Positions 39,945 through 41,013 of a stretch of DNA of 41,013 bases are shown here, piece after piece (position 1 is the first letter of the stretch; each line of letters opens with the position of its first letter). The translations under genes were made by a program, and so were the position numbers. The stretch is from Parasitella parasitica NRRL 2501 (taxonomy: Eukaryota; Fungi; Mucoromycota), in NCBI GenBank assembly GCA_025201805.1, contig MU619357.1:17004-58016 (forward strand), given 5' to 3'. The notes beneath the pieces are model-generated. The model was not told the DNA's origin. It saw only the letters and a list, made by a program, of their open reading frames with translations, and searched no databases.

Positions 39945-40386
39945 AGATCAGATTACCAGTTATTCAAGTGATTGATAAACTTGTGTGTACATGCTTTGAA
40001 GATGTGTTCAAATGAAGAGCAACACATATGAGTTTATAGTTATCTTTAAATACTTTAATAAGAATCGATGGCTGATATGGTGAAGAATATGACAAATTCT
40101 TATTTAGTTTTATTTCCTGCGAGATGAATATGATATAACCTAAAGTTGCTTTTTTTCCCTGCCAAACGCTATAATTTGCAATGCCCGTGTAATCAAAAGT
40201 AATATAACAATTTCAAAATTATCTCGTCATCTATTTAATCACTTGGTTTTTGTCATTTTGTGAACTTATTATGCGTTATGTTTTATGGATATATTCTATA
40301 TTGTGCTTCAGACTTGAATAGAAGTATATTTTCAATTCATTGTTCTTTTATATTTATTTGAAATGTAATGCAATGAAGAATCGGGT

Positions 40387-40738
40387 TTATTGTACTGGAA
40401 TATCATAGGCGGTTGCCTCCAAGTTAAACTCAGGGCTAAAATTTGTGCCAACGACAAAATTACCTTCAACGATTCCAACAACTTGTATTCAACGGATCCT
40501 TTGAATAAAGATAAAACCTCAAAATTGGCTTACCAGCAAGTTACATGAAAATTGATGTCAACCATGGTTCAAGGTTCAAACCTATGTTCAGCTGATAATA
40601 GTTTGGCAAGATGCATGACTTCGTTGCGGTACCTTTATTCATTGCCAGAACGGTTGTTTTGATCCAAGTTGGCAAAAAAAAGCTTTAACCACCACCGTAA
40701 TGTTTGATAAAATACTCCGAGTCATGAGCATAATCATA
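40387..40738 (-). pseudogene. Possible decayed ORF next to the terminal GC-rich repeat
   Basis: Reads KLFFANLDQNNRSGNE*RYRNEVMHLAKLLSAEHRFEP*TMVDINFHVTCW / IR*IQVVGIVEGNFVVGTNFSPEFNLEATAYDIPVQ*. Stops are single-transition types; family not recognised. Confidence 0.25.
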
Positions 40739-40817
40739 TAATATACTGTAAAACTATGTTTTTAAAAAATAGACAGGCCAATCATATCGTTTAAAAAATA
40801 TAAAAACAATTGAATGC

Positions 40818-40990
40818 CGGACCACCGGCGCAGCCGGCAATGGGGAGGGGGTTTGGGGGAGGGGTTTAACCCCTCCCCCAAGGACCTACATCATGAAGTT
40901 TTTACGGACCACCGGCGTAGCCGGCAATGGGGAGGGGGTTTGGGGGAGGGGTTTAACCCCTCCCCCAAGGATTTAAGTCATGAAGTTTTT
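40818..40990. repeat. Two tandem 87-bp GC-rich units with G4 and hairpin potential
   Basis: Units begin at 40818 and 40905 (CGGACCACCGGCG[C/T]AGCCGGCAATGGGGAGGGGGTTTGGGGGAGGGGTTTAACCCCTCCCCCAAGG...TCATGAAGTTTTT). Confidence 0.92.
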
Positions 40991-41013
40991 GACATTTACT
41001 TTCTTCTATCAAT

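Noticed and set aside
40526-40583. B-box-like GGTTCAAACC with weak A-box
   Set aside because: No cloverleaf can be formed, so no tRNA/SINE is called.
40818-40990. CRISPR-like interpretation of the terminal repeats
   Set aside because: Eukaryotic context, two adjacent units without unique spacers, no cas genes.

Overview
Eukaryotic, AT-rich, intron-dense fungal DNA. The ~50-70 nt GT-AG introns and the gene families present point to Mucorales/Mucoromycota (inferred). I assembled 15 spliced protein-coding genes by hand: a LaeA/TAM-like methyltransferase-fold protein, MTHFR, RPL29 (absent from the ORF track), VTS1, a PRL/PTP4A phosphatase, APC10, PP1/GLC7, an alpha-arrestin, ISWI, an FlbC-like C2H2 TF, a PQ-loop transporter, PGS1, CDC24 and a CRAL-TRIO protein, plus a short uORF. 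Also present: a ~444-bp MITE with 93-bp TIRs, decayed TE-like DNA at both window ends, and an 87-bp tandem repeat carrying overlapping G-quadruplex and hairpin sequences. Most interesting leads: (i) a uORF whose stop overlaps the PRL start codon (TAATG), reminiscent of the Mg2+-responsive uORF control of vertebrate PRLs; (ii) a putatively myristoylated pseudo-methyltransferase lacking the motif-I glycines, next to MTHFR; (iii) the G4/hairpin repeat; (iv) a CRAL-TRIO protein with FFAT + hydrophobic tail + KKxx; (v) a metazoan-like TCT/5'TOP element at RPL29; (vi) RFX X-boxes upstream of APC10. All splice models are manual and untested.
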